Of a DNA stretch of 64,000 bases, positions 11,871 through 25,299 are shown one piece after another (the stretch's first letter is position 1; every line of letters starts with the position of its first letter). The position numbers and the translations under genes were made by a program. Below the pieces are notes generated by a model, which was not told the origin of the DNA, did not search any database, and saw nothing but the letters and a program-made list of their open reading frames with translations. Source of the DNA: Octopus bimaculoides (Eukaryota); NCBI RefSeq assembly GCF_001194135.2, contig NC_068987.1, forward strand, positions 36,265,362 through 36,329,361. The letters run 5' to 3'.

Positions 11871-14800
11871 ATCAGCGAAAACATACTAAGCGAGAAGCGA
11901 AAACAGCTAAGCTAAAGTACCTGTAAGCAGCAATGAAAACAGTACTCATTTACTCATCTCGTTCGGTACCTAGTTCTTTCAATTGTGCTTATATTTAGAT
12001 TACGTAAGAGACCGATGAATTATATAACAGGATATCAAGCAAAAGCCTTCACTCATCAGTGTTGTCATGAATGTTCTGCATGAGTTCGAACACCTGGTAA
12101 TTCCATAATGTATGGCATCAAACTATCAAGAAAAATAATTCATGGTTATAGATCACAAATAAAAAACCTATCTCGTCTTTTTACTACATAAATTGCTCAG
12201 GAACTCATAGAGAAGAGGAAATAACTGGTGTAAAGAGTGAAAATGTCAAAAAGTGACAGACATAAGACAGAGGAAAACATGGGGTGAGGTGAGAGATAAT
12301 TAAACTGTCTCGTCGGTAAAGTATTATCAAGAGCAGGCATAACTTAATGGATATATGAAAGCAGAGAAATAAAGAGGGAGGGGAGAGAGGAGAGGGACAG
12401 AGAGATGGTGAGAGGAAAATGAAAAAAAAAATAGTAAAATTGTACAAAGCAAAATAAGTAGACGTTTTCGGAGAAGAAAGAAACTGTAACAGTCCACAGC
12501 AAGAAATATGTGAAAAGGATATCGTTAGGAAGAACAAAGAGACAAAACGGGACATAAATTCGTATAAATATACTGGACAAAATCACAGAAGGAATATTGA
12601 ATTGCAACGAAGTGAAACATGTAATGTTAATGTATTTTGACAAAGGTTTTCAACTAAAGACAGGAAACAAGAATACACCCCCAATAACAAAGCATTTTTA
12701 CAGAGAAGGGGAGTATGACAGTTTTAATATAAATGTACTTAATCAAATAAACTTTCCCCGTCGTTTCGAATATTTACTGATGGGGACCATAATGTTTAGC
12801 GATGTTACCTATAGATTTGTTTGGGATCTATGTTTTTTTCATCCGCAAAATACATTTTTTAAAATACATTCTTTTTAAAAAGATAGTAAAAAATCTGAAA
12901 ATCGGTTATAATAATAAAGTTTTCCAGTCTAATTGCTATGAAGGTATGATGTTGTGGAGAAAATGATTGGAGGAAAATGTTCCAGAGTTTAAAAATCGAA
13001 AAATCTGTTTATTTATAACCAATAGCAAGACAGAAATTTTCTGCGTTAAGCGGAGCGATGTCAACTTTAAGGTTGTACCCTGTGAAATTTATAGTTTAAC
13101 CTTCTCTGAAATGACCTCTTCATTGTAAGTTTATGTATAAACAGAAATCCCTAATAAAATCAACATGTATCAACTTATTGTTTCGTTTGTCTTTTCATTT
13201 ATTCGATGTTTTTATTACATTTTAAATTTGTAATATCAATATATTTGTCTGCATGTGTTTACTTTATGCTTATTATGATTACCTGTCATGTATTTCTGCA
13301 CATCGTTAATATATAAGCGTGTGTGTGTGTGTGTGTATGTGAGTGAGTGTGTGTGTATGTGTGTGTGTATGTGTGTGTGTGTGAGTGTGTGTGTGTAAAA
13401 AGGAGGCGTCTGTCTCAAAAACTTCAAAGTTGAGTAACGTTTTCTGCTTGCATTTGTAAACTACGATAAGAATAACACTGGGACCGAAGAAAATGAATAT
13501 CTGTATCTTATATGTTTTTGCATGCAAAATTAAAAAATAATGTCAAATTATCTGTACTAAGTTCACATGTTCCATTCACCATCCCAATGCCAAGAAACTG
13601 TATAACCATCGCAAACAACTTTTGCTATATATGAAAAATATGTAAAACATTAAGACAATTGGCGAAAAATATCTAGAATATAATTCTAATTGACAAATAT
13701 AAATTTTTATTAAAAGAAAACACACGGGTGAAGTAAATATCGTGGTGTGAAGAGTGAAGAATCAACACAGCATACGGGTGGAACACAACACAATGTGCAG
13801 TTGTCATGGTAACAAGCTGTTAATGCCTCGCTCTCTGTTGATTAGCTAAAACTACCAAAATTTCCCAACTTTAATTCAAAATAACATCAGATTATTTAAT
13901 TTATGAGATAAAGTAATTGGTCGATCGTAATCCAAATTTAGAGTTGCATCGACACACCAAAATTGAAAGCAATCTGAGCAAAATTAAAGGGGGTTCATTT
14001 TGCGAATGAAAAATATTAGTNNNNNNNNNNNNNNNNNNNNNNNNNNNNNNNNNNNNNNNNNNNNNNNNNNNNNNNNNNNNNNNNNNNNNNNNNNNNNNNN
14101 NNNNNNNNNNNNNNNNNNNNNNNNNNNNNNNNNNNNNNNNNNNNNNNNNNNNNNNNNNNNNNNNNNNNNNNNNNNNNNNGTGTGTGTGTGTGTGTGCAAT
14201 TGATGCCTGATATAGGTGTATTTACGTCGAAATATTTGTTGAAGAAAACTTTCGAAAACCTCGTGAACAACCGTTGTTGACAGTAATATCTTGTATGCTT
14301 CTATGTGTTTATGCATGCATGCTTATGTGTATGATGTATAAACCTCCTAAACTGTTAATAACAATTCTTCTGTCATGCTTAACTTCAGAATAGATACTGT
14401 CATTCCTATTTATAAAGTAAACTCCACAATCGACTTTAAAGATTTTTTTATGTAATATTATTTCATTTTACAAATACCCTTATTGCATACAATCTGCTAT
14501 AGAATGCACTGAAGCATTAGACACATGTAAATTATTTACAAAAACTCATTCAAACGTACGTGATTAAAATTTTATAGAAAACAGCGCCATGATTCGAAAA
14601 AATAAATGAACAAAAAATATTCTTACACGTTTGAAATGGCAATTTAGTGTCTCTACTTACACATCCATATCTATGCCCACAGTTATATTATTCAAATTAA
14701 TACAACAAACATGGAATAATTTCATTAGCATCTGTCCTGAAGCTAGCATTGCATCATTATGTTTCCAATTAAAGTTATAAATTTACAGCTATCTTCATCA

Positions 14801-15302
14801 CCATTACAATCAACGTGATTATCGCTATCATCGTGATAATTTTGCTATGCAATTCCCTCCTTTCCTAACTATATCAACGTTATAACTTTTGTTGCAATAT
14901 ACAGGAACCAAATACAAGACCTTGCTTTGCTTTAAAGATATTCTATGGTAAATATGTGAACAACACTAACACACACTATCTGCTTCCACCATTCACTGCA
15001 ATGACATTGATGAGATGCACACAATGTTTCATTTTACAGTCATTAAACTATCAACACCTAACATATTTCACATAGAAGACAGCAAGACTGCTTCGGTAAA
15101 TATTGTTTCTTTTAGTTGTCTCTTTTCTCGCTTTCATTTATTCATTAACATTTGAAATTACTACATACGCAAATTATCAATTCCTCTTTTAATACACTCA
15201 GACATTCTGTCTTTTTCATTTACTCTCTCGTTTTCTCCCAGTGTCTCATTGCGCATGCATATATTCATTCATACACAAACACAAAAGGGCTGTTTGTGAT
15301 TG

Positions 15303-15346
<44 letters not shown>

Positions 15347-15931
15347 TGTGTGCGTGTGTGTGTGTGTGTGTGTGTATGGGGGGGGGGTGCATGTGTTTAT
15401 GTATGTTTATGTATGTTTGAATACAGTAACACGGATATTTTCAAAAATGAGTGGTTTCTTTGAATCCGGAATGAATTATGGAAATATATGTTAGTGAAAA
15501 AGAGAGAGAGAGACTGACATAAAATTACATCTTGCCCTATCATTCTAATTCTAAGTAGCTAGCTATATATCTTAACATATTTCTATGGAGTGTTCGTGTG
15601 ATTAGGTTAATGCAAAGAAGATGTGAAAAGCAAAACCGGAGATCAGATATTGAGTAAAAAAATGGAGTGTTTTTGGAAGCTGAAGGTCTTCGCAAACGGT
15701 TAGACTTAGTTTCGGGTATCCGGATCTCTTAGCGATGAAATTGGAATGAGAGCCTCTTTCTTTCCTTCACTTTTTCCTGTCTTTCCTTCCATTTCTCTGC
15801 TCTCTGTATGTCAGTCTGAATGCTCAACTGTCTTTCCCGTTGTCTGCTTCTCTTCTCTCTCTCTCTCTCTATCTCTCTCTTTCTCTCTCTCTCTGTCTCT
15901 CTCTCTCTCTGTTTCTTTCTCTCTCTGTCTC

Positions 15932-15969
<38 letters not shown>

Positions 15970-17077
15970 NNNNNNNNNNNNNNNNNNNNNNNNNNNNNNN
16001 NNNNNNNNNNNNNNNNNNNNNNNNNNNNNNNNNNNNNNNNNNNNNNNNNNNNNNNNNNNNNNNNNNNNNNNNNNNNNNNNNNNNNNNNNNNNNNNNNNNN
16101 NNNNNNNNNNNNNNNNNNNNNNNNNNNNNNNNNNNNNNNNNNNNNNNNNNNNNNNNNNNNNNNNNNNNNNNNNNNNNNNNNNNNNNNNNNNNNNNNNNNN
16201 NNNNNNNNNNNNNNNNNNNNNNNNNNNNNNNNNNNNNNNNNNNNNNNNNNNNNNNNNNNNNNNNNNNNNNNNNNNNNNNNNNNNNNNNNNNNNNNNNNNN
16301 NNNNNNNNNNNNNNNNNNNNNNNNNNNNNNNNNNNTATATATAAATTAGGGTACCAAAAGTACCAGCTTTACTAGAAATAGGATTCAATATCCCTAAAGT
16401 CACAATTATTTCACTATAAATAGACACGAACGGTTAACGCAGCTAATATAAGGAAAATAGCTCCTTACCTTCGCAAAAATCACAAAGTAAAGTAGAGGTA
16501 TCTTAGTATCAATTCAGTTCACCTTGTGTGCTAAAGGCACTGAAGATAATCAGATAAGCTTATTGCATAAACTATTTCTCAGAATACATTCACTAAGTTT
16601 ACATTCTTGTTTACACCAACTGAGACTTAGTTATATTTGAATATGCACACAAACACTTCCGAATATACACTCATTGACACACACTAGATAGAGAGACAAG
16701 CAGACAGAGACATAGATTTTGAATTGTGAGTAAGAATGCTCATATAAAAACGTTTTCTGAAACCGACGTTGTTTCTTCGGGACCACTCTGATTAAGAACG
16801 ACTGAAAAGACAACACCCTACTAACGACACCAACTCAAACAAATGACATATACACATGGGTTTGTTATAAGGAGGCAGCAACAATAAAATCAAATTAATA
16901 TCAGATTTATTTTTTAAGTGATCAGCGAAATCTGTAACTCATTTTAGTAGTAAGCAGTTTCGGCTTAATATCGTGTGTGTGTGTGTGTGTGTGTGTGTGN
17001 NNNNNNNNNTGTGTAAGAATGTGTGTGTGTGTGTGTGTGTGTGGGTGTGTGAGAGAGAGAGAATGTGTGCGTATTGC

Positions 17078-17289
17078 GCCGTGTGCTGGCAGTATCGTTA
17101 GCAAGGCGGGCAAAATACTTAGCAGCATTTCTTCCGTTTGCACGTTCTGAGTTCAAGTCACCCAGGTCGACTTTGCTTTTATTCCTTTCGGGGCCGATAA
17201 ATTGAATACCAATTGAACTCTGCGGTCGATGTAATATATTTCCCGCTACCCCGAAATTTCTGGCCTTGTGCCAAAATTTGAAATCAATA
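17078..17289 (+). mobile_element. tRNA-derived SINE family 1
   Basis: GCTGGCAGxATCGTTAGCA head, GTTCTGAGTTCAA B-box-like motif, central GGTCGACTTTGCxTTTxxTCCTTTCGGGG domain. Matches the copies at 41600, 42236 and 49993. Confidence 0.85.
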
Positions 17290-17949
17290 TTGTGTGTGTG
17301 TGCGTGCGAAAGTGTAATTCGGCCAGTTGTACTGAGCACTGCGACTGAATCGACAAACAAGGAACATAACCTTCTTCTCTAGAAATGTTTATATATAAAT
17401 GTCTATATATAAATATTTGTATACTCATATACATATATGTGTGTGTGTTTGTGTGTGTGTTTGTGTGTGCATGTGTGCGTACACACACGTGTTTATGTGT
17501 TAATATAAGTGTTTGACATATAAAACAGAGTAAAACAATCAATATTGCACTGGAAGTATTTATGGCTATACAATCAAATATTGAGATGCCAATGGCTACG
17601 AACCGTTTACTGCAATTGATACAGCCGTAAGAAGACTTATAGAGGTTTTGAGAACATGTTATCTCTACTAAAGAATATGAAAATTGATTGTACGCTGAAG
17701 TAAATCATAGGTGAATCTTTGAGATGTAGAAGTGGAAATAAATCAATTTAACAACTTGGAGACTTATTTACTCTTGATTTTCTGTTTCATATTGTGGAAG
17801 GTGATTTCATGAAAAACTCATAATTAATAGGAATGAATAAACAAAGAAGAGGAGTGGATTTATGTATATGCACAAAAATATATTAACAGATAATTAGCAT
17901 TATGAATTGATAGAAAGAATGAGAGAGTGTAATATTGGTATACACTTTC

Positions 17950-18110
17950 TTTTTTATTGTCTCTCTTTTTGTCTTTTATTGTCTTCTGTTGAAGAGCGTA
18001 GAGCCAAAACGTAAAATACTTTCTTTCTCGAACATCACATTAATGCACCTGCTCGTTCTTCATACACCTGTCTTCGTCTTTTGTTTTTTTCTGTAAATTT
18101 CAACTATATA
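17950..18110 (+). mobile_element. Short PLE-like 3'-end repeat with a degenerate hammerhead-like motif
   Basis: Similar to 48410-48560 (CTGTTxAAGAGCGTAG...AAACGTA...CATACACxTGTCTT...TTCAACTATA). Confidence 0.55.
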
Positions 18111-18339
18111 TATACAAATATATAAATAATAAAAACATGGATAAGCGTCACTACATCACAGCGGTTTATAGCGGATTTCCTGAATAGATTAATGAGTACG
18201 TTACATCATATCTAAAAAAAAAAAGAAATCGGCTTCACCACACAATATATAAATTTCAAAACAATATAACAGCGCTTTAGCACAGTGGGCGAATCGAACT
18301 TGATTCAAGTCGAAGCAGGCCTGGAATATATATACATAT

Positions 18340-19535
18340 TATATTTTACTTGTTTCCTTCATCAGATGCCGGCCATACTNNNNNNNNNNNNNNNNNNNNN
18401 NNNNNNNNNNNNNNNNNNNNNNNNNNNNNNNNNNNNNNNNNNNNNNNNNNNNNNNNNNNNNNNNNNNNNNNNNNNNNNNNNNNNNNNNNNNNNNNNNNNN
18501 NNNNNNNNNNNNNNNNNNNNNNNNNNNNNNNNNNNNNNNNNNNNNNNNNNNNNNNNNNNNNNNNNNNNNNNNNNNNNNNNNNNNNNNNNNNNNNNNNNNN
18601 NNNNNNNNNNNNNNNNNNNNNNNNNNNNNNNNNNNNNNNNNNNNNNNNNNNNNNNNNNNNNNNNNNNNNNNNNNNNNNNNNNNNNNNNNNNNNNNNNNNN
18701 NNNNNNNNNNNNNNNNNNNNNNNNNNNNNNNNNNNNNNNNNNNNNNNNNNNNNNNNNNNNNNNNNNNNNNNNNNNNNNNNNNNNNNNNNNNNNNNNNNNN
18801 NNNNNNNNNNNNNNNNNNNNNNNNNNNNNNNNNNNNNNNNNNNNNNNNNNNNNNNNNNNNNNNNNNNNNNNNNNNNNNNNNNNNNNNNNNNNNNNNNNNN
18901 NNNNNNNNNNNNNNNNNNNNNNNNNNNNNNNNNNNNNNNNNNNNNNNNNNNNNNNNNNNNNNNNNNNNNNNNNNNNNNNNNNNNNNNNNNNNNNNNNNNN
19001 NNNNNNNNNNNNNNNNNNNNNNNNNNNNNNNNNNNNNNNNNNNNNNNNNNNNNNNNNNNNNNNNNNNNNNNNNNNNNNNNNNNNNNNNNNNNNNNNNNNN
19101 NNNNNNNNNNNNNNNNNNNNNNNNNNNNNNNNNNNNNNNNNNNNNNNNNNNNNNNNNNNNNNNNNNNNNNNNNNNNNNNNNNNNNNNNNNNNNNNNNNNN
19201 NNNNNNTATATATATATATATATATATATGTACATGCATGCATGCTCTGGTTCTCTGTCAGATACGACGGCAATAAAGGCTCCAGTTGCTAGGATCACCG
19301 AAATAGCCTACTCGTGAAATTGACGTGCAAGTGGCTGAGCACTCCAGAGACACGACCCTGAACGTAGTCCTCAAGAAGGTTCGGTGAGACACAGGGTGTG
19401 ACAAGGTAAGCCCTTTGGATTGCAGGTACAACTCCTGTTTACAAGCTCAGTGTACTGGAGCATTGAGAAATAAAATGCCTTGATCAAGGAAACAATGTGC
19501 GGCCGGAAATCGAACTCACTACCTTACCGTCTATA
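18340..19535 (-). mobile_element. tRNA-derived SINE family 2 (CORE-like), interrupted by a gap
   Basis: tRNA-head complement GAAATCGAACTCAC near 19507; ACTGGAGCA...CCTTGATCAAGG body; tail remnant TTACTTGTTTC at 18345. Joining the parts across the gap is an inference. Confidence 0.6.
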
Positions 19536-20515
19536 TATACGTATATACACAGAAGCACAGAAACACCATACATATATAAAAGCAATTCCCACAAGAAATT
19601 TATACATTTTCCTTCCAGCATTACCTCTATGAACATCAGTTTCCTGTTTATTTGATTTTTTTCTCCTTCAATCCAATGAATTTCACAGTCTGCTTGATAT
19701 CGTTTGATATTAAGCCAATTGTTCCGTTTGTCTAGACTGCTACAGCTAATTCTGTTCTGTATCTATTTGTGTTAAGTTTATAGATTTAAGAATTTGTCAT
19801 ATATTTTTCTCCGTGCTACGGTATCCTTCTTGTTCTGTCTCGCAATTTAATTTGTACCAACCCCGATAATTTTCCTAATTATACTCCTGTGTTATCGTCC
19901 TTATTTACTGCACAACATACTTGAAATTTGTATCTGTTTATTTCGGGGTTCTATTCCTTTGCTGTCTTTCACTGTACATATGTTTTCTTCTCCCTTGATA
20001 TTATTTCGATTCAGACTTTGGGATAAGTTTGTTGTTTGTGTTGTGAAATTTCACCATTTTGACTCAATCTCTGCAATATCTCTTATTGAATTTTCTTCAG
20101 TTTTCTATACCTTGGTTACCTCTTCTTCTCCCTTTCTGGCTACTTTCCACTGTCTGCTTTTGTCTGTTTTTGTCTCCCAGGCTCCCCAAAACACTCACAC
20201 ACACACTCTCTCTTTCTCTCCCTATCTCCTCTTTCTCTCTCCCAGTCATTCTCCTTCTCTTGTAGATTATCTCTATTCTCTTACTTCTGCACATCAGTAA
20301 CATAGAATATGTTTACTTTATTTTTTAACTCACTATGAAGCTACGTAACGTTTAAATTTATCACAGCTCTGCTGATATGCGCATGCGTTATGCACCACAA
20401 TGTGTATGTGTATGGAGGGATGGGTCGTATATAAATTCAATTATATGTCTGTATGTACATGTATCCATCTATCTTGCTACATGTGTGTGTGTGTGAGTAT
20501 GTGTGTGTGCGCGAA

Positions 20516-20556
<41 letters not shown>

Positions 20557-20613
20557 GGGCAAACAAAAGAGAGTTCAACATTTTATTGTTCAAAACAGTG
20601 TAATTCGGATTCC

Positions 20614-20670
20614 GTGCTACTTCAAGTTTCGAAGCTTATAACGGAGCCTCTCCTGGGGCTTGTCAGAATT
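20614..20670 (-). ncRNA. Degenerate hammerhead-like motif, divergent from the motif at 20707
   Basis: Minus strand: CUGAC-AAGC...GCUU-CGAAAC UUGAA GUA. G8 is missing or changed and helix I is poor. 20618-20634 is the reverse complement of 20733-20749 at 16/17 positions. Confidence 0.45.
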
Positions 20671-20706
20671 CGAATCGGATTCAAAATTCAAATTCAGATT
20701 CTGGCC

Positions 20707-20752
20707 GGTCTGAGGAAGGACTTCATTTGGGTCTTCGAAACTTGGAGTAACA
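20707..20752 (+). ncRNA. Minimal type-I hammerhead ribozyme, canonical core
   Basis: GGU-CUGAGGA-AGGAC UUCAUUUGG GUCUU-C-GAAAC UUGGA GUA-ACA, then a gap. Helix II is 5 bp, helix III is ACU/AGU, the triplet is GUA, and helix I is GU/AC with the rest hidden by Ns. Confidence 0.75.
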
Positions 20753-22268
20753 NNNNNNNNNNNNNNNNNNNNNNNNNNNNNNNNNNNNNNNNNNNNNNNN
20801 NNNNNNNNNNNNNNNNNNNNNNNNNNNNNNNNNNNNNNNNNNNNNNNNNNNNNNNNNNNNNNNNNNNNNNNNNNNNNNNNNNNNNNNNNNNNNNNNNNNN
20901 NNNNNNNNNNNNNNNNNNNNNNNNNNNNNNNNNNNNNNNNNNNNNNNNNNNNNNNNNNNNNNNNNNNNNNNNNNNNNNNNNNNNNNNNNNNNNNNNNNNN
21001 NNNAATTCTTCATTTCATTTTATTATTTATATTATATATTCCATATTCTATATCCCACATTAATTTTATAAGAATATAAATAAAACATAAAAAAGAGACT
21101 GGAAAATTCTAATGTCATTCAAAGACCAGGGAGAAAGATTTTAAACCTTGCTCGGATTATATTAACAATCCTTAACTATGAGTCTAAAATCACATTTACG
21201 AACTTCCGAATTACTCACCCAATACGTTTTAAGTCGAAATTCATGTCGATAAATGTAACTTTACACACACATATCATAACCGAAGTTTACCCTTCCAAGA
21301 TGAAATTTCTAAAAGGCATAATGCATCACAACTTGATATTTCACACGACGATCTGCTTCTTTCTCATACAAACTCTCATCACAAAAGTGTGTGTAATATT
21401 CTCGTAATTTAGGTGCAATATGAAAATCAAGACTAATATTCAGGAACGATGGTCTGGCTTGTAACAGCAACTGAATTATTATATTTTTATATCACATTAT
21501 TGTTTGGAAAGGCATGAATAACATCATATCCTGTTTCCTTAATTCATGTATGAAACGCGTCTTGAAAGCCAGAAGAAGAAAATAAATTCAATCCAAGAAA
21601 TACGAATTTCAGTTAACAATATTCAAAGACCAGCTGCAGTGCACAAACGTAATTCACATAACCTTACATATAGTACTCACACACATGCATATATATATAC
21701 TCACACTCATACACAAGCATACATAAGTGTATGTACATATATACATACACACAGACGCACAGACACACACACATATATATGTGTGTGTATGTGTGTGTGT
21801 GTGTGTGTGTGTTACAACGTCTGTTCTTTACTATACACCATCACGTATCCATCGCTGAAATCATTCAGGAATTCATTAAATTTTCCATTAAATTTATGTT
21901 TGCGAAATGGTTCCGAAGTTGTGTAAGGTGTGTTATTTCTTGGTAACTGTTCAAATATCACGTGGTGTTTAATGATATTGATGGTCGAGGACAGGAGTAA
22001 ATAGTGGTTGTTTGCTCACAGAGATCAATTTAACAACAACACAGGAATGGTGTTTTTGGGTTATTATATTTCAACAAGACCATCCTGTCAACATGATTCA
22101 GTTTGCCAAAAGATCGATAGACAAGGCAAATTCATGCTGTTATTTTCAATTAATACAGAACAGAAATAGGGAAATGAAGGAAAAGGAAGAATATGTGTTG
22201 GTATAGAAGATATATATATATATCCGCTTATACTTTGTGTTATATCTATCTATCTATCTATCTATCTA

Positions 22269-22330
<62 letters not shown>

Positions 22331-22779
22331 NNNNNNNNNNNNNNNNNNNNNNNNNNNNNNNNNNNNNNNNNNNNNNNNNNNNNNNNNNNNNNNNNNNNNN
22401 NNNNNNNNNNNNNNNNNNNNNNNNNNNNNNNNNNNNNNNNNNNNNNNNNNNNNNNNNNNNNNNNNNNNNNNNNNNNNNNNNNNNNNNNNNNNNNNNNNNN
22501 NNNNNNNNNNNNNNNNNNNNNNNNNNNNNNNNNNNNNNNNNNNNNNNNNNNNNNNNNNNNNNNNNNNNNNNNNNNNNNNNNNNNNNNNNNNNNNNNNNNN
22601 NNNNNNNNNNNNNNNNNNNNNNNNNNNNNNNNNNNNNNNNNNNNNNNNNNNNNNNNNNNNNNNNNNNNNNNNNNNNNNNNNNNNNNNNNNNNNNNNNNNN
22701 NNNNNNNNNNNNNNNNNNNNNNNNNNNNNNNNNNNNNNNNNNNNNNNNNNNNNNNNNNNNNNNNNNNNNNNNNNNNNNN

Positions 22780-22864
<85 letters not shown>

Positions 22865-23564
22865 TCTCTCGCTCTTTCTCGCTCTTTCTCTCAAACACAC
22901 TATCACGTATGTGTTGAACGCAAGTAATTTAGACTGATATAGTTTGAGCCATCATGCTATAATTTCTGGAAATTAGTGAAAAATAAGTTGGAATATTGAG
23001 AAGTATAACATTAGACTCCATAATTTAAAATTAACATCAGCCAACTTATATGAAAAGCTAAGCTATTAGTCAATGGATCGGTTCTTGTTTTGCAATATAT
23101 GAATTTGCGTTTTGCTTCCTTGTTTATCTGCTACAAAGATAGATCTAAACCTTGAAAAAATACCTCACATACACACAAAATTAAAATATTTTATAGAGCA
23201 ACGCTTCAAATGACTTGAATTACAAATCGGATGAAATGAACGAAACGAAATTTTAATCTTCCTTATCTGTAACTTCTTTTATATTTATATCAAAATACAG
23301 ATGGAGCGCAACTATGTAAAACAGATGCACACTACCATTTACTATAAGATTTAAATGTACATTTCTTAAGAAACACTAGCAAATAATTAAAAGTATAATA
23401 GCTCACAGAACCAGAAAAATAGTTAAATAGAATTGTGGCATTGATCAACATAATGAATATTAATGAAATCAATTCAAACACTAGAAAACGCCTAAAATTT
23501 ATAAATAGACTGGCAGATGAGCAGACGGAAAGAGTGTCATAGAGATATACATAGACATTATGTG

Positions 23565-23601
<37 letters not shown>

Positions 23602-24764
23602 NNNNNNNNNNNNNNNNNNNNNNNNNNNNNNNNNNNNNNNNNNNNNNNNNNNNNNNNNNNNNNNNNNNNNNNNNNNNNNNNNNNNNNNNNNNNNNNNNNN
23701 NNNNNNNNNNNNNNNNNNNNNNNNNNNNNNNNNNNNNNNNNNNNNNNNNNNNNNNNNNNNNNNNNNNNNNNNNNNNNNNNNNNNNNNNNNNNNNNNNNNN
23801 NNNNNNNNNNNNNNNNNNNNNNNNNNNNNNNNNNNNNNNNNNNNNNNNNNNNNNNNNNNNNNNNNNNNNNNNNNNNNNNNNNNNNNNNNNNNNNNNNNNN
23901 NNNNNNNNNNNNNNNNNNNNNNNNNNNNNNNNNNNNNNNATACTCGTGTGCGTGTATCTGTGTCTGTGTCTGTGTGTAAAAGTACAATATTTCTTTTTTT
24001 TTACTTGTCATATATAAGGTGTTGCTGCATAGCAGACCAGTTAAAATGCATATTCCTTGGTAGATATATTTATAGCTTTCTATAGAATAAATTTTCTATG
24101 GTATTAGTAGTTTTCATCAGTTGATGTAGCTTTTTAGAAATATTACAGATCTGTTTCGCTTGTGGATTTCGGCGAAGATGACATACTTGATTTTGTCATT
24201 TCCAATTTAAGCAGTATTAGTTCAGAACAGCATTCCGTATATATTATTAAACGTGGATATCATATTAAAGCCAAGCCACAAATCTACAATATTCCTTTTG
24301 AGAAAGCATCTCGTATAAAATCAGATATGAAAATGAATACAGTTCGGAACCAATCTGACTTCTATCGTCCATAAAAAATGTTTACCCTGTCCACCAGCTA
24401 TTTGTGAAATGCGTGATATATTTAACCCGGTTTCTTTTTCTCTAATATAGAAAGCAAAATATATGCGATTGATAGTGAATACTTGCTACCGATAACGCAT
24501 AAATCCCGCGATTTATCAATTCTATGAGCGATACTGCAGTCTTCACCTCTGCTACTTATATACCTCTGTGCTTTTTAATAGTGTATGTTTCTAACTGTAG
24601 CCATCTCAAGATCAATACTGAAGTTTTGTAGTTTCCTATAGTAAATCCACGCGACTTAAGATGGGCAGATTGGTATTCGCAACAAATGCATCTCCGTACC
24701 TCATAGCGAATATATATATATATACTACACACAAAAATAAACACACTCATACACACACACACAC

Positions 24765-24863
<99 letters not shown>

Positions 24864-25299
24864 NNNNNNNNNNNNNNNNNNNNNNNNNNNNNNNNNNNNN
24901 NNNNNNNNNNNNNNNNNNNNNNNNNNNNNNNNNNNNNNNNNNNNNNNNNNNNNNNNNNNNNNNNNNNNNNNNNNNNNNNNNNNNNNNNNNNNNNNNNNNN
25001 NNNNNNNNNNNNNNNNNNNNNNNNNNNNNNNNNNNNNNNNNNNNNNNNNNNNNNNNNNNNNNNNNNNNNNNNNNNNNNNNNNNNNNNNNNNNNNNNNNNN
25101 NNNNNNNNNNNNNNNNNNNNNNNNNNNNNNNNNNNNNNNNNNNNNNNNNNNNNNNNNNNNNNNNNNNNNNNNNNNNNNNNNNNNNNNNNNNNNNNNNNNN
25201 NNNNNNNNNNNNNNNNNNNNNNNNNNNNNNNNNNNNNNNCAACCAACTTACTGGAAGTTACATGCATGTATAGATCAAAACAGTTTGATTCAAATTCAT

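Noticed and set aside
13800-13813. RFX X-box-like GTTGTCATGGTAAC (and the palindrome at 511-533)
   Set aside because: Isolated short motifs with no promoter context; the 13800 site is in probable transposon-end sequence.
16470-16540. Minus-strand segment with good TTCAG acceptor and AAG|GTAAGG donor
   Set aside because: Stops occur in all three frames; it could be a UTR exon but cannot be supported.
18345-18370. CUGAUGAAGGAAAC on the minus strand
   Set aside because: There is no helix II or helix I; it is a decayed SINE tail (TTACTTGTTTCAGTCA-type).
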